A stretch of 64,000 nt of DNA from Mobula hypostoma (lineage: Eukaryota), in NCBI RefSeq assembly GCF_963921235.1, contig NC_086097.1, positions 29,824,001 through 29,888,000 on the forward strand, given 5' to 3'. Both the position numbers and the translations under genes were made by a program. Positions 1 to 11,853 of the stretch are shown here, piece by piece; position 1 is the first letter of the stretch; each line of letters starts with the position of its first letter. The notes under the pieces are model-generated. The model had not been told where the DNA came from. It ran no database searches and was given only the letters and a program-made list of their open reading frames with translations.

Positions 1-1030
1 TAGGCAAGGACGAGGTTTGGCAGACAGGCAGGACGAGACTGGGGTCTCCAGGCTTGAGGCTAGAGGCAAAGCTTGGCAGGAGGCAGGAGGCTGGAGTCTT
101 CAGGCTTGAGGCTAGAAGCGAGGCTTGGCAGGAGGCAGGAGGCTGGGGTCTTCAGTCTTGAGACTAGAGGCTAGAGACGAGGCGCAGGAGGCTAGAGGCT
201 AGAGACTTGAGAAACAGGAGGCTAGAGGCAGGAGGCTGGAGTCTTCAGGCTTGAGGCTAGGCAGGAGGCTGAGGTCTTCAGGCTTGAGGCTAGGCAGGAG
301 GCTGGGGTCTTCAGGCTTGAGGCTAGAGGCTAGAGACTTGAGGCGAGACTTGGCAGGAGGCAGGAGGCTGGAGTCTTCAGGCTGGAGGCTAGAGGCTAGA
401 GGCTGGAGGCTGGAGGCTGGAAGCTAGAGGCTGGAAGCTAGAGGCTGGAAGCTAGAGGCTAGAGGCTGGAAGCTAGAGGCTAGAGGCTAGAGGAGAGGCT
501 TGGCAGGAGGCAGGAGGCTGAAGTCCAGGCTTGAGGCTAGAGACAAGGCTAGAGGCTAGAGGAGAGGCTTGGCAGGAGGCAGGAGGCTGGAGTCTTCAGG
601 CTTGAGGCTAGAGACGAGGCTTGGCAGGAGGCAGGAATCTTCAGGCTTGAGGCTAGGCAGGCTCCTCCTGGGCAGGGCACGGATCACCACCCGACGGAGG
701 CAAGGGACAGGAAGGGACAGAACCAACCACAGGTAACGGCAAGACGGCCTGGCTTACCTGGGCGGAGGCAAGGGACAGGAAGGGAGCTAGGTACAGGGTG
801 GCTCCAGGACAAGACTGCAGGCGAGATGAGGCGAGAGTTACCAGCAAGACAAAGCAAGACTTCAGGCAATGCAAGGCGAGACGAGAACTTTAGGTGAGGT
901 GAGAGTTACCGGCAAGACAAGGCAGAGCTTCGGGCAAAGCAAGGCAAGACGAGAACTTCAGACGAGGCGAGAGTTACTGGCAAGACAAGGCAGAGCTTCA
1001 GGTGAGGCAACAGAAGGCAGAGGAAGGGAT
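1..1030. repeat. Compound G/A-rich tandem repeats (7-bp GAGGCTA/GAAGCTA units and longer GGCAGGAGGCTGGAGTCTTCAGGCTTGAGGCTA units)
   Basis: Directly visible imperfect tandem units. Confidence 0.9.
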
Positions 1031-1229
1031 ACAAGGAGTGGGGACAAGAACAATCCAGCAGCCATGCCCTGGTCTCTGAAGGTATTTATGCAGCCAGCCC
1101 CAACGAGCATCAGCTGCCTCAATTAGAACTCAACAAGAACAGAAACAGGGTAGACAGGAAAACCTGGAGCAAGGGTCAATGGACTGGACCGTGAACCGGA
1201 TTACGGACTTCATGGACCGGACCATGACA
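1..1229 (-). mobile_element. Probable LTR of an LTR retrotransposon, running off the window start, with expanded internal tandem repeats
   Basis: Minus strand begins TGTCATGG at 1229 (TG start typical of LTRs). A TATA-like CATAAATA lies near 1083-1090. After it come arrays of GAGGCTA/GGCAGGAGGCT/CAAGACGAGG-type repeats. The CA end is not in the window. Confidence 0.55.
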
Positions 1230-1516
1230 CGTTCCTGCTTTTACTACTGTATATGGTAGTTGTATTTTAGGTTTTATGTGTTATTTTTATGATCTGGTAG
1301 ATTATTTTTTGGGTCTGGGAACGCTCAAAAATTTTTCCCATGTAAATTAATAGTAATTGCTTCTGCACCTTACGCCATTTCGGCTTACGAATGGTTTCAT
1401 AGAAATGCTCTACCTTAGTGGGGGAAATACGGGACAAGGGTGGTCCCATATGGGACAAACCAATTTAGCTCAATATACAGGACGTCCCGGCTAATATGGG
1501 ACAGTTGGCAACCCTA
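1230..1516. mobile_element. DNA transposon end fragment (hAT-like terminus)
   Basis: Ends in GTTGGCAACCCTA (reverse complement TAGGGTTGCCAAC) with subterminal GGGACA repeats, typical of hAT-type termini. Confidence 0.45.
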
Positions 1517-2025
1517 ATCATAACTAATTTATTATCCCTCTCAACCCTATCCTCCTGGCTTCTCCCTGTAACCTTTGACTCCCTGACTAATCAAGAAACT
1601 ATCAACCTCTGCTTCAAATACACTCAATGACTAGTCCTCCACAGCCGTCCATGGCAGTGAATTCAACAGATTCACCACCCTCTAGCAAAAGAAATTCCTC
1701 CTCATCTCTGTTATAAAGGAGCGTTCCTGTATTCCTACTCCAGGAGTCTTAGACACCCCCCACTATAGGAAACATCCTCTTCATGCCCACTTTATATTCG
1801 ATAGGTTTCAATGGGATCCTCCCCTTGGTCTTCTGAACTCCAGTGAGTCCAGGCCCAGAGCCATCGATCGCTCCTCACATGTTAACGTTCTTAATCCCAG
1901 AATCATTCTCCTGATCCTCCTCTGGACCCTCTCCAATACCAGCACATCTTTTCTGAGATAAAGGGGCCCAGAACTGTTCACAATACTCCAAGTGCAGTCT
2001 GACCAATGCCTTATAAAGCCTCAGT
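1517..2025 (-). mobile_element. CR1-type LINE 3' fragment
   Basis: Reverse complement matches the ORF2 C-terminus/3' UTR of the longer CR1 copy at 29560-30150. Confidence 0.8.
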
Positions 2026-2429
2026 GACACCAGCGAGTTTGTCCATGCTGTCCACTACAACCATGATGAGGCCAAACACAGGTCGGAGGAGTAACACTTC
2101 ATTTTCTGTCTGGGTAGCCTCCAACCTGGTGGCATGAACATTGATTCCTCTAACTTCTGGTTACCATTGCCCTGTTTTTATTGATGTCCCCTCTTCTCCA
2201 TCTTTGTTTTCCCTCATTCTAGAGACTCTCTAAATCCTTCTATTCTCCTCCCCCCACACAAAACCTGCCTATCATCCCATTCCTTCCTCCCTGTGGTGTC
2301 CCTCCACTTTCCATTTCTCCGATGGTCCACTGTCCTCTCTTTTTCTTCAGTCCTTTACCTCTGCTACCTGTTACCTCCGAGTTTCTCACTTCCTCAGGTA
2401 GACTGCCTGGCAATGTTTAGGGGGTATGT

Positions 2430-3712
2430 TAGTCATAGTCATAGTCGTACTTTATTGATCCCGGGGGAAATTGGTTTTCGTTACAGTTGCACCATAAATA
2501 ATAAATAGTAATAGAACCATAAATAGTTAAATAGTAATATGTAAATTATGCCAGTAAATTATGAAATAAGTCCAGGACCAGCCTATTGGCTCAGGATGTC
2601 TGACCCCCCCAAGGCAGGAGTTGTAAAGTTTGATGGCCACAGGCAGGAATGACTTCCTATGACGCTCTGTGTTGCATCTCGGTGGGATGAGTCTCTGGCT
2701 GAATGTACTCCTGTGCCCACCCAGTACATTATGTAGTGGATGGGAGACATTGACCAAGATGGCATGCAACTTAGACAGCATCCTCGTTTCAGACACCACC
2801 GTCAGAGAGTCCAGTTCCATCCCCACAACATCACTGGCCTTACGAATGAGTTTGTTGATTCTGTTGGTATCTGCTACCCTCAGCCTGCTGCTCCAGCACA
2901 CAACAGCAAACATGATAGCACTGGCCACCACAGACTCATAGAACATCCTCAGCATCATCCGGCAGATGTTAAAGGACCTCAGTCTCCTCAGGAAATAGAG
3001 ACGGCTCTGACCCTTCTTGTAGACAGCCTCAGTGTTCTTTGACCAGTCCAGTTTATTGTCAATTCATATCCCCAAGTATTTGTAATCCTCCACCATGTCC
3101 ACACTGACCCCCTGGATGGAAACAGGGGTCACCGGTACCTTAGCTCTCCTCAGGTCTACCACCAGCTCCTTAGTCTTTTTCACATTAAGCTGCAGGTAAT
3201 TCTCACACCATGTGACAAAGTTTCCTCCTGTAGCCCTGTACTCAACCTCATCTCCCTTGCTGATGCATCCAACTATGGCAGTCATCCGAAAACTTCTGAA
3301 GATGACAAGACTCTGTGCAGTAGTTGAAGTCCGAGGTGTAAATGGTGAAGAGAAAGGGAGACAAGACAGTCCCCTGTGGAGCCCCAGTGCTGCTGATCAC
3401 TCTGTCGGACACACAGTGTTGCAAGCACACGTACTGTGGTCTGCCAGTCAGGTAATCAAGAATCCATGATACCAGGGAAGCATCCACCTGCATCGCTGTC
3501 AGCTTCTCCCCCAGCAGAGCAGGGCGGATGGTGTTGAACGCACTGGAGAAGTCAAAAAACATGACCCTCACAGTGTTCGCTGGCTTGTCCAGGTGGGCGT
3601 AGACACAGTTCAGCAGGTAGACGATGGCATCCTCAACTCCTAGTCGGGGCTGGTAGGCAAACTGGAGGGGATCTAAGTGTGGCCTGACCATAGGCTGGAG
3701 CAGCTCCCGAAC
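2430..3712 (-). mobile_element. Rex/Babar-type LINE, 5'-truncated RT fragment with frameshifts
   Basis: ORFs 3248-3775, 3064-3285 and 2527-2958 carry RT motifs DPLQFAY, FFDFSSAFNTI, GAPQGTVLSP, KFSDD. Minus-strand (GACTAT)n-like tail near 2430-2450. Confidence 0.9.
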
Positions 3713-3964
3713 AAGTTTGTGCCCAGGTAAATATTGAGAAGGAACACGTGCAGTCCACGGCGACCTTGGAGGCATTCCAGGACCATTGGGCTCCGCGGGG
3801 GTTTAGTGCCATCGTTGATAGAAATGTAAACATTTTGATTTCATGTGTATTGTCTATTTGTAGTGAAGTAATTGTTTTAGTCACTGATTTGTATCTATAG
3901 CACCGAATTTGTTTTAAAGGGAACCTGAGGGTTAAGTTTTTACACAGAGAATGGTGGATATCTT

Positions 3965-4655
3965 AGACTAGATTAGATTATGAGAACACTCAGTCCTCTT
4001 TCATTGTCATTTAGAAATGCATACATGCATTAAGAAAGGATACAATGTTTCTCCGGAGTGATATCACAGAAAACAGGACAGACCAAAGACTAACACTGAC
4101 AGAACCATATAATTATAATATATAGTTACAGCAGTGCAAAGCAAATACCATAATTTGATGAAGAACAAACCATGGGCACGGTAAAAATAGTCTCAAAAGT
4201 CCCTGAGTCGATCAGCTCCCGAGTCCCCAATAGCAGGCGGCAAAAGGGAGAAACTCCCTGCCATAAACCTCCAGGCACCGTCAACTTGCCGTTGCCTTGG
4301 AAGCAGCCGACCACAGCCGACACTGAGTCCATCCATCCGAAAACTTCGATCCTCCGACCAGCCCCTCCGATACAGCCTCCCGAGCGCTATCCTATGCCGA
4401 GCAGCTTTGACCTCGCCCCGGCCACTGAAACACGCAAAGCTGAAGATTTCGAGCCCTTCAGCTCCGGAGATTCCGGTTACCACACAGTAGCAGCGGCAGC
4501 GAAGCGGGCATTTCAGAACTTCTCCAGATGTTCCTCCGTACTCTCACGTCTGTCTCCATCAAATCAGGATTGTGCACAGTCCCCTACTTGACAGATTACA
4601 GACATCATCACCGAAGTGGCCGCGCGCGCTGCCGTCACACCGCCATCTTCTCCTC
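3965..4655 (-). mobile_element. Short (~690 bp) non-autonomous retroelement with CpG-rich 5' end and (TCTAA)n tail
   Basis: Minus strand starts GGAGAAGATGGCGG..., is CpG rich and ends in AATCTAATCTAGTCTAA. It interrupts a CR1 3' fragment that resumes on the other side. Confidence 0.55.
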
Positions 4656-5049
4656 CCTTGAACGTGCTTCTGGAGGAGGTGGTGGGACCTGAAAGAACCT
4701 CATGCTGTCCCGGAACACGGGAACACGGCGACACTGACAGGCTGTCCCAGCACATCATTGGACTGTGTTGGTTGTTAGCACCAAAGATGCGTTTCACTGT
4801 GTGTTTCAATATATATGTGACAAATAAATCTGTATCTGAATCTCCATTTAAGATGCATTTGAACAGACAATAACTAGGCTAAGTACTTTCGAGTATGGTC
4901 CTAATGCGGGCAACTAGGATTAGTGTAAATAAGCACGATGGTCAGCATGGACCAGTTGGGTTGAAGGGCTTGTTTCTGTGCTGTAAAGCCCCAGGAGTGT
5001 GCCTCTGTGATTCTTCAATGCATAATAATGCAACCTCAGTGACAAACTG

Positions 5050-5640
5050 CACAAGAGGTTCTACAGATGCTGGCAATCCAGAGCAATATGCACAGAATGC
5101 TGGGGGAGCTCAGCAGGTCAGGCAGCGTCAATGGAAATGAAACCGATAGTCGACGTTTCGGGCCGAGACTTTTCATCAGGGCTGGAAAGGAAGGGGGAAG
5201 AAGCCAGAATATGAAGATAGGAGGGGAAGAAGTAAAGCTAGAAGGTGATAGGTGAAGCCAGGTGGTGAGCTGGGGAAGGCTGATAGGTGGGAAAGGTAAA
5301 GGGCTGAAGAAGAAGGGATCTGATAGGAGAGGAGAGTGAACCAATGGAAGAAAGAGAATGAGGATGGGCACTGGGGGGTGATAGGCAGGTGAGGAGAAGA
5401 GAAGTAAGGGGGGCAGAGTGGGGAATTGAAGATGAGGGAAGAGGGAGAGACAAAAATTAACAGATGTGGGAAAATTTGGTGTTCACGTCATCAGGTTGGA
5501 GACTACCCAGGTGGAATATAAGATATTGCTCCTCCAACCTGAGGATGTCCTCATCGTGGCAGTAGAAGAGGCCATGGACTGACGTGTCAGAATGGAAATG
5601 GTGATTGGAATTAAAATGGGAAATCAGGTTTTTTGCAGAT
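5050..5640 (-). mobile_element. Penelope-like element remnant (GIY-YIG C-terminus plus pseudo-LTR with hammerhead core)
   Basis: ORF 5457-5660 contains RLEEQYLIFHLGSLQPDDVN. Hammerhead-like core CTGATGA...GAAACGTC at 5148-5183. Confidence 0.75.
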
Positions 5641-5718
5641 GGAGTGAAAGTACCTGACAAACCAGTAACTGTTCACATATATTTAGGATCAAGGATCACA
5701 GATCAACTTTATTTGCCA

Positions 5719-6822
5719 TCTATATACTACTAAAACTCTCATGCTCTGTCTGTCTGTTTGTCTGTTTGTGACCTCCAACTAGCGCAAACAGTGCATTACG
5801 GTGGCACTTTTTTTTGGCTAAATCGAATTAAAATGCACTAACTTAGAGAATGCAGGCAAAGTTCAGGGTTATATATTCGTATAAAATTGCTTATTTGCCA
5901 AAAACCAACAGGCTGGCTTTCAACCGAGAGCTGATTGGCCATCATGGAAATCGAGACGCGACAGCCCAACGCATGCGCATGGCCAGCCTCAGCAGCGACA
6001 CCTACTGGAGCAAAAGGGCAGGGCAGCTCTATTTCAAGTGGTCACATCTGCTAATCATCATCAGCATGTGCAGGATTGGGACAGATCTAACTGCCATCCA
6101 TCAATAAGAGATAATTAAATTTTATTGTACTGACATACTTCGAGGCACCCATAAAACCCTTTGCTGCAGTCAAAGGACAGCAGTGACTATATCACGTCCA
6201 TTCAAGAGAGCGCCAACCATATCATCAACAATAATCAGCATCCTTTGGTGTTACTGCTTCGTATCTTCTATCCAGCATTAGGGTAAAAAAGAAATGGTCA
6301 GCCTAATTATGCTGCATGGAAAGGGAAGGGGGACATTATGGTCAAAAGATAACACCAAACGTCCTCAGGAAGCGACAAGGAGAGGGAGAGAACAAAAATT
6401 GGATGAGGCCGGGGCCGCATGACTCCAGGATCAAAGAGTCAGGACAAAAAAAGATGAGAGAAGAAGAGACAGAGGAGGAGAGGCATGCACGTCTCCAGGA
6501 TCAGAGACAAACAACAAACAGCAGAAGAGATGAAGAGACGGGGGATGAAAGGACTGCACGTCTCCAGAATGACAACAAGAGGCACAAGGGTGGCAGATAA
6601 GCCAGAAATGCTGCCATCAAAAGTGTCCTTCATTAAACGAGGAGGCGCTATACTTGCTTTGCTACGCATTGTTCTTCTTTAATAAACTGAGGTTTTCTTC
6701 TTCAGTTTCCAAAGCAAAGCGATACCAATAGCATTCAGGAAAATTTAATGTTCATTCTGGTCACATCAGACTGCACTACCCTTCTCTCAAAGGGTGTCCC
6801 AACGGGTCACCCCTTTGTCTAG
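5719..6822 (+). mobile_element. Non-autonomous Helitron (1104 bp)
   Basis: 5' end TCTATATACTACTAAAA. Subterminal hairpin GGGTGTCCC-AAC-GGGTCACCC (6792-6812). 3' end CTAG. Inserted between A and T with no TSD. Internal STPR-like ETEEERHARL repeats. Confidence 0.85.
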
Positions 6823-7149
6823 TATACAAATATAAATGTATTAGAAATGTGCTGTGGCTTGTTGGTTGGAGCATAATATGCAACAAAAAACAACATTGTC
6901 CATTCAGAACTCAAATAGTGGAAGGGAAGAAGCTGTTCTTAAAAATTTGTGTGTGCAGAGGAGATTTATCAGGAAGCTGCCTGGATCTGAGAGCTTATTT
7001 TGTGAGGATAGAATAAGAATCAGAATCGGAACCTGGTTTAATATCACTAACATATGTCATGAAATGTGTTGTTTTTTGGCGGCAGTACAGTTACTACATA
7101 GTAAAAAAAAACTATAAATTATAATAAGAAGTTTATATGCTGTATATAT

Positions 7150-7795
7150 TTTGCAGATTGAGTCTGTTTCAAGAGGTCTAGAATATAAAAGCAAGGATTT
7201 TATATTGCAGACCTTATAAGGCACTGGTGAGGCCTCACTTGGAGTATTGTGAACAGTTTTGGGCCCTTGTTCTTAGAAAGGTTGTGCTGACACTGGAAAG
7301 GGTTCAAAGGAGATTCACAAAAACTATTCTGGGATTGAACAACTTGTGATATGAAGAGTGTTTGATGTCTCTGGGCCAGCATTCACTAGAATTCAGAAGG
7401 ATGAATAGTGACCTAATTGAAACCTATCGAATGCTGAAACCTCGATGGAGTTTTTGGAGAGGATGTTTCCTATGGTGAGAGAGTCTAAGCCTCAGAATAG
7501 AGGGGTGTCCTTTTAGAATGGAGATGAGGAGAAATTTCTCTCGCTAAAGAGTGGAGAATCTGTGGAACGTTGCCACAGGCAGCTGTGGAGGCCAATTCTT
7601 TACATATATTTAAAGCAGAGGTTGATGGATTCTTGATCAGTCAGGGCATGAAAAGATACGGGGGTGGGGGTGGGGGAGGAAGCCAGGAGATTGGGGCTGA
7701 GAGGAAAAATGGATCAGGCATGATAAAATAGTGAATCAGACTTGATGAGCCAAATGACCTAATTCTTCTCCTATATCTTATGGTCTTATGGTCTT
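7150..7795 (+). mobile_element. CR1-type LINE 3' fragment
   Basis: Degenerate SRGLEYK...[13 protein letters not shown] coding remnant and TCTTATGG tail. Confidence 0.8.
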
Positions 7796-8219
7796 ACACA
7801 TATAATTAAATAAGTAGTGCAAAAATACAGGGAAAGATCCTACGGCAATGTTCATGAATTTATCGTCCATTCAGAAATCTGATAGCAAAGGGGAAGAAGT
7901 TGTTCCTGAAAAGTTAACTCTGTGTCTTCAGGTCTCGTAGCTCTTCCTTGATGGTAGCAATGAGCAGGGGCCATGTTTGGCTGATGGGGATCCTTAATGA
8001 TGGATGTCGCCTTTTTGAAGCCTCGCCTTTTGAAGGTGTTGTGGATGCATCCCATAATGCGCGTGATGGAGCTGTCTGAGATTACAACTTTCTGCAGCTT
8101 TTCCTGATCCTGTGCAGTTGTCCCTCCAGACCAGACGGTGATGCAGCCAATTAGAGTCTCTCATACTTCTAATGAAGTAGAGCTTCTGTCGTGAGTTCTT
8201 TGTAATTACATCAATGTGT

Positions 8220-9565
8220 TGAGAGGCAGGAGGGCAGTAGACTGGACAATATTCAGGGATTCATCCTCAAGTCTGAATGAATATGCCACAGTTGTCTCCG
8301 ATTTCATCAAGGCCTGTGAGTATGAGCGTGTGCCTTCAAGAACATACCAGGCATATCCAAACCAAAAGCCATGGATGGAGTTATAGTCTATTGGGGGCTC
8401 AATGTTTGTGGCTTTCAAGACCAGCGATCCAGAACTATACAATTAGTCCAGGTACGACCTACGGAAGGCGACTTTAAAGAGGAAAAACAATTTCAAGTGA
8501 GGTTAGAGGCAGAATCAGATGGACGTCAACTCTTTCAGGGTTTGCAAAGCGAAACCTAATACTGTGAGTGGTTGTGGTGCTTCACTCCCAGATGAGTTAA
8601 CACCTGTTATGCACACTTTGGAGGGGAGAATAAAAGTACACCTATGTGCAGCACCTGGTGACCCTATGATCTCTGCCTTGGAGGCTGATGTCAGAACACC
8701 TTTCAAGAGAGTGAACCATCAGCCCTGATGGCGTACATGGTAGGGCTCTGAAAACGTGTGCCAACATGTGTGGGAGTGTTCAAGGACATCTTCAATCTCT
8801 CACTGCTGCAGTTGGATGTTCTCACCTGCTTCAAAAGGATGACAATCACACCAGTGCCCAAGAAGAGCTCGGTGAGCTGCTTCAACGACTATCACCCAGT
8901 AGCACTCACATCCACAGTGATGAAGTGCTTTGAGAGATTCATCATGGCTGGAATCAAATCCCGCCTAAGCAAGGAACTGGACCTACTGCAATTGGCCTAT
9001 CGCCAGAATAGGTCTATACCTGATGCAATCCCACTGGCTCTCCACTCAGCCTTGCGTCACCTGGACAATAGTAATACCTACATCAAGCTGCTGTTTAGTG
9101 ACTACACTCACTGTCCAACACAATCATACCTTCGGTTCCAATCAACAGGCTCCGATATTTCTGCTACTGGGTCCTCGACTTCCTCACCAGGAAACCATTG
9201 TCTGTGAGGATCGAAGATCAAATTTTCTCCTAGCTAGCTCAAGGGTGCATGCTTAGCCCACTGCTCTACTCTCTCTACACCAGTAATTGTGTGGATAGGC
9301 ACAGCTCAAAGGACAACTATAAATTTGCCAACAACGCAATTATCGTTGGCAGAATTTCAAATGGTGACAAGGAGGTGTACAGGAGCGAGATAGGTCAGCT
9401 ATTTGAGAGGTGATGCAGCAACAGCCTTGCTGTCAATTTCAGTAAGACCAGGAATTAACTGTGGACTTCAGGAAGGGGAAGTCGAGGGGACATGCAGCAG
9501 TCTTCATCAATGGATCAGTAGTGGAAAGAGTGAGCAGTTTCAAATTCCTGAGTGTCAACATCTTG
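8220..9565 (+). mobile_element. Rex/Babar-type LINE ORF2 fragment, degenerate
   Basis: ORF 8758-9207: DIFNLSL...PVPKK...NDYHPVALTSTVMKCFER. Confidence 0.8.
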
Positions 9566-9744
9566 ATCCTCAGTACTGATGCTGCGGTTTTTTCTGCCTC
9601 TAAGCTGGGAGTAGAAGTACAGCCAGGTGATCAGACTTTGCAAGATGTGGGAATGGGGTAGCACAGTGAGCAGTCTTGATGGTGGCACTATAGTGGTCAG
9701 GTGTGTTGGCTCCTCAGGTTCCACAGGTGATACGTTGGTGGTAG

Positions 9745-10260
9745 TCGTTCAGATACTTCTTTAAGCTGGACTGGTTGGAATCCCCCACAATAATAGGGAA
9801 GACTTCAGGGTGCACAGTTCAGTGCCTGCTGATTACGTTGCTCAGCTCCTCCGGTGCCTGCCTGACCTTGGCCTGAGGTGGAATGTACACCGCGACCAGG
9901 ATGACGGCAGAAAACTCCCTTAGCAGATAAAATGAATAACATTTGACCGCTAGATGTTCCAGGTCAGGTGAGCAGGACTAAGACGGAACCACCATGTTTA
10001 TGCACCACAATGAGTTAATCGAAAAGCATACTCCACCTCCTTGGTCTTTAAAAGACTGAGCGGTTCTGTCTTGGTAGAGAATGATAAAGTCGTTGGGATG
10101 CAACACTACATCTAAAATTATGGATATGAGCCATGGTTCCATAAAGCAGGGTACACAGCAGTCCCTGATATCCCTCTGGTGCAACAATCTTTCTCTGAGG
10201 TCTTCAATTTTATTTTCCATTGTGCATTCATCAGCAGGATAGTTAGGAGTGGCAGTCTAA
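9745..10260 (-). mobile_element. Rex/Babar-type LINE APE endonuclease fragment
   Basis: ORF 9978-10220: ENKIEDLR...DCCVPCFMEPWL...GGGVCF. Confidence 0.7.
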
Positions 10261-10539
10261 GGCCTCTGCATTTCAATCGTACTTGTAGGCTGGTGCTGCA
10301 TCCCTACTTCCGTTTTCTTGAAGGGGAACTGCCCTCGCAACTAGCTTCTGCCATCTGAGCTACATCGAATATGAGTATTGATACATTTTTAAATGTCTTA
10401 AAATGATGTTGCTTACTGAAGTACTCATGGCTGTGACTGCGGTAATCCTAAATAGGAATATCTGATGATTCCCATCGAAGCCACACACAACGAGTCACCA
10501 TGTAATGGCACCATTTTACCAGTTCAAGTCAGGTTGAGC

Positions 10540-11000
10540 AAGCACGAGGAATTCTGTAGATGCTGGAAATTCAAGCAACACACATAAAAGTTGCTGGTGA
10601 ACGCAGCAGGCCAGGCAGCATCTCTAGGAAGAGGTACAGTCGACGTTTCGGGCCGAGACCCTTCGTCAAGACTAACTGAAGGAAGAACTAGTAAGAGATT
10701 TGAAAGTGGGAGGGGGTGGGGGAGATCCAAAATGATAGGAGAAGACAGGAGGGGGAGGGATAGAGCCAGGAGCTGGACAGGTGATAGGCAAAAGGGATAT
10801 GAGAGGATCATGGGACAGGAGGCCCAGGGAGATGGAAAAGGGGGAGGGAGGGAAAAACCCAGAGGATGGGCAAGGGGTATAGTCAGAGGGACAGAGGGAG
10901 AAAAAGGAGAGAGAGAGAAAAAATGTATGTATATAAATAAATAACGGGGAGGTGGGGGATTAGCGGAAGTTAGAGAAGTCAATGTTCATGCCATCAAGTT
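10540..11000 (-). mobile_element. Penelope-like pseudo-LTR/3' fragment
   Basis: Same repeat family as 5050-5640 and 14005-14850, with a well preserved hammerhead motif. Confidence 0.75.
10638..10673 (-). ncRNA. Minimal type I hammerhead ribozyme motif (Penelope-associated)
   Basis: Minus strand reads AGTC-TTGACGA-AGGGTCTCGGCCC-GAAAC-GTC-GACT. Stem I is AGTC/GACT, stem II is GGG/CCC, and stem III is loopless AC/GT. The core has a C3-to-U variant. Confidence 0.6.
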
Positions 11001-11592
11001 GAGCAAGCTAGGGTTAGGCTTACCTCTTTGGGGAGAATGAGGATGAAAGATGGCTTAATAGAGGTGTATAAAATTATAAGAGGATAGATAAAGTGGACAG
11101 CCATCTCCTTACTTTGAGGCAGAAATGTCTAATACGATGGGGCATAATTTTAAGGTGATTAGAGGAAAGTATAGGAGGTATGTCAGAAGTGGGTTTTTTT
11201 TTCACAGAGAGTGGCAGGTGCATGGTACGTACTGCCAGGGGCGGGGGGAGAAGCAGGTGCATTAGGGACATTCAATAGACTTAATAGGCGTACAAATGGA
11301 ACGCAGGGTTATGTGGGCGGGAAAGGGTACATTGATCTCGGTTAAAGGTTAAAGTTTAGGCACAACATCATGGGTTGAAGGGCTTGGATTGTACTGAATT
11401 TTCTATGTTGTATATTAATCCCATTTTGCATGCTGAGTGTGGAGGCGATGAGGGTGAGTCGGAGTGGAGACAGCAGAGTTTTGGATGAACCAAAGTTTAT
11501 GGAGGGAGTAAGAAGTGAAGGTAACCAGAAGGACATTGTAAACAGTTGTGTCTAAAGACATTGATTAGTAGTGATCTCTCAGAGACACTTAC

Positions 11593-11853
11593 CCCACATA
11601 AAATGTCCCGGATCTGCACAGCGCAGCTGGCATACAGGGAGTAATCAAAGTTGTCCATGATTCGGTAGAAGTGGCTCTGGATTTCCCTGTCTTTGGCAGA
11701 GTCGCAGCAGCCAAACTCACTATAGAGTGTGCAGAATGCAAGAGCCCTTGCTGGCTTGAAGGGGGGCTTGAAATCCAAGCACTGTGGGTGACATCTGACC
11801 AGAGGGAACAGAACAGGGAGGCAGAACTGCCAGCCCCAGTGATTCCAGGCCAT
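11593..11853 (-). CDS. HHIPL1: HHIP-like protein (HHIPL1-like), first coding exon: signal peptide plus start of the cysteine-rich domain
   Basis: 87 codons: MAWNHWGWQFCLPVLFPLVRC-HPQCLDFKPPF...FCTLYSEFGCCD...IMDNFDY...C...DILCG. Ends at a phase-0 GTAAGT donor (11592) where HHIPL genes have an intron. The next exon is not found in the window. Orthologue versus paralogue is unresolved. Confidence 0.88.

Noticed and set aside
1..11592. Second HHIPL exon (expected to begin ECSPYAAH)
   Set aside because: No such reading frame was found by eye or in the ORF track. It probably lies left of the window.
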